From NCBI RefSeq assembly GCF_006345805.1, contig NC_042997.1, positions 29,822,001 through 29,886,000 of the forward strand: a stretch of DNA of 64,000 bases, given 5' to 3'. The position numbers were made by a program, and so were the translations under genes. The notes under the pieces were generated by a model. It saw nothing but the letters and a program-made list of their open reading frames with translations, searched no databases and was not told where the DNA came from. Positions 63,851 through 64,000 of this stretch are shown here, one piece after another. This DNA comes from Octopus sinensis (lineage: Eukaryota). How positions within the stretch are numbered: the first letter of the stretch is position 1; each line of letters starts with the position of its first letter.

Positions 63851-64000
63851 TGCATCCATGTGTGTGTGTTTGTGTTTGCTCGTAGATATGCATGCTTTTA
63901 TGTAAGTAATTATTCAAGTACCGCATATGCATGTGTGTACGTATATGTCTACTCATTTATATAACAATTATTTTATATTATATCGTTCAGATTCAGACGT

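Overview
This is AT-rich, microsatellite-dense animal genomic DNA. The SINE, mariner, LINE and Penelope repertoire resembles a coleoid cephalopod, probably Octopus; this is inferred from recalled repeat families, not from a database hit. The only host coding sequence I can support is the terminal exon of an invertebrate-type (destabilase-like) lysozyme on the minus strand (8692-8888). It has FNGGP in place of the conserved HNGGP, and I could not find its upstream exons. The rest is mostly decayed mobile DNA: three tRNA-derived SINE families, RTE-like and Tx1/L1-like LINE pieces, mariner and Tc1 remnants, a Helitron helicase fragment, and many Penelope-like element (PLE) remnants. Nearly all ORFs in the supplied track are microsatellite artefacts. 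The most striking signal is non-coding. At least eight type I hammerhead ribozyme folds, from several sequence-distinct families, sit in short elements wedged into (TA)n microsatellites. Three have canonical cores (10574+, 32162-, 46685+), three have a CCGANGA core variant, and two form a decayed pair. Many of these elements, and related PLE 3' tails, are fold-back (inverted-repeat) structures, two of them carrying one ribozyme on each strand. PLE-associated hammerheads are established biology. The compact, TA-targeted, twin-ribozyme fold-back architecture is the candidate novelty and needs genome-wide and biochemical checking.
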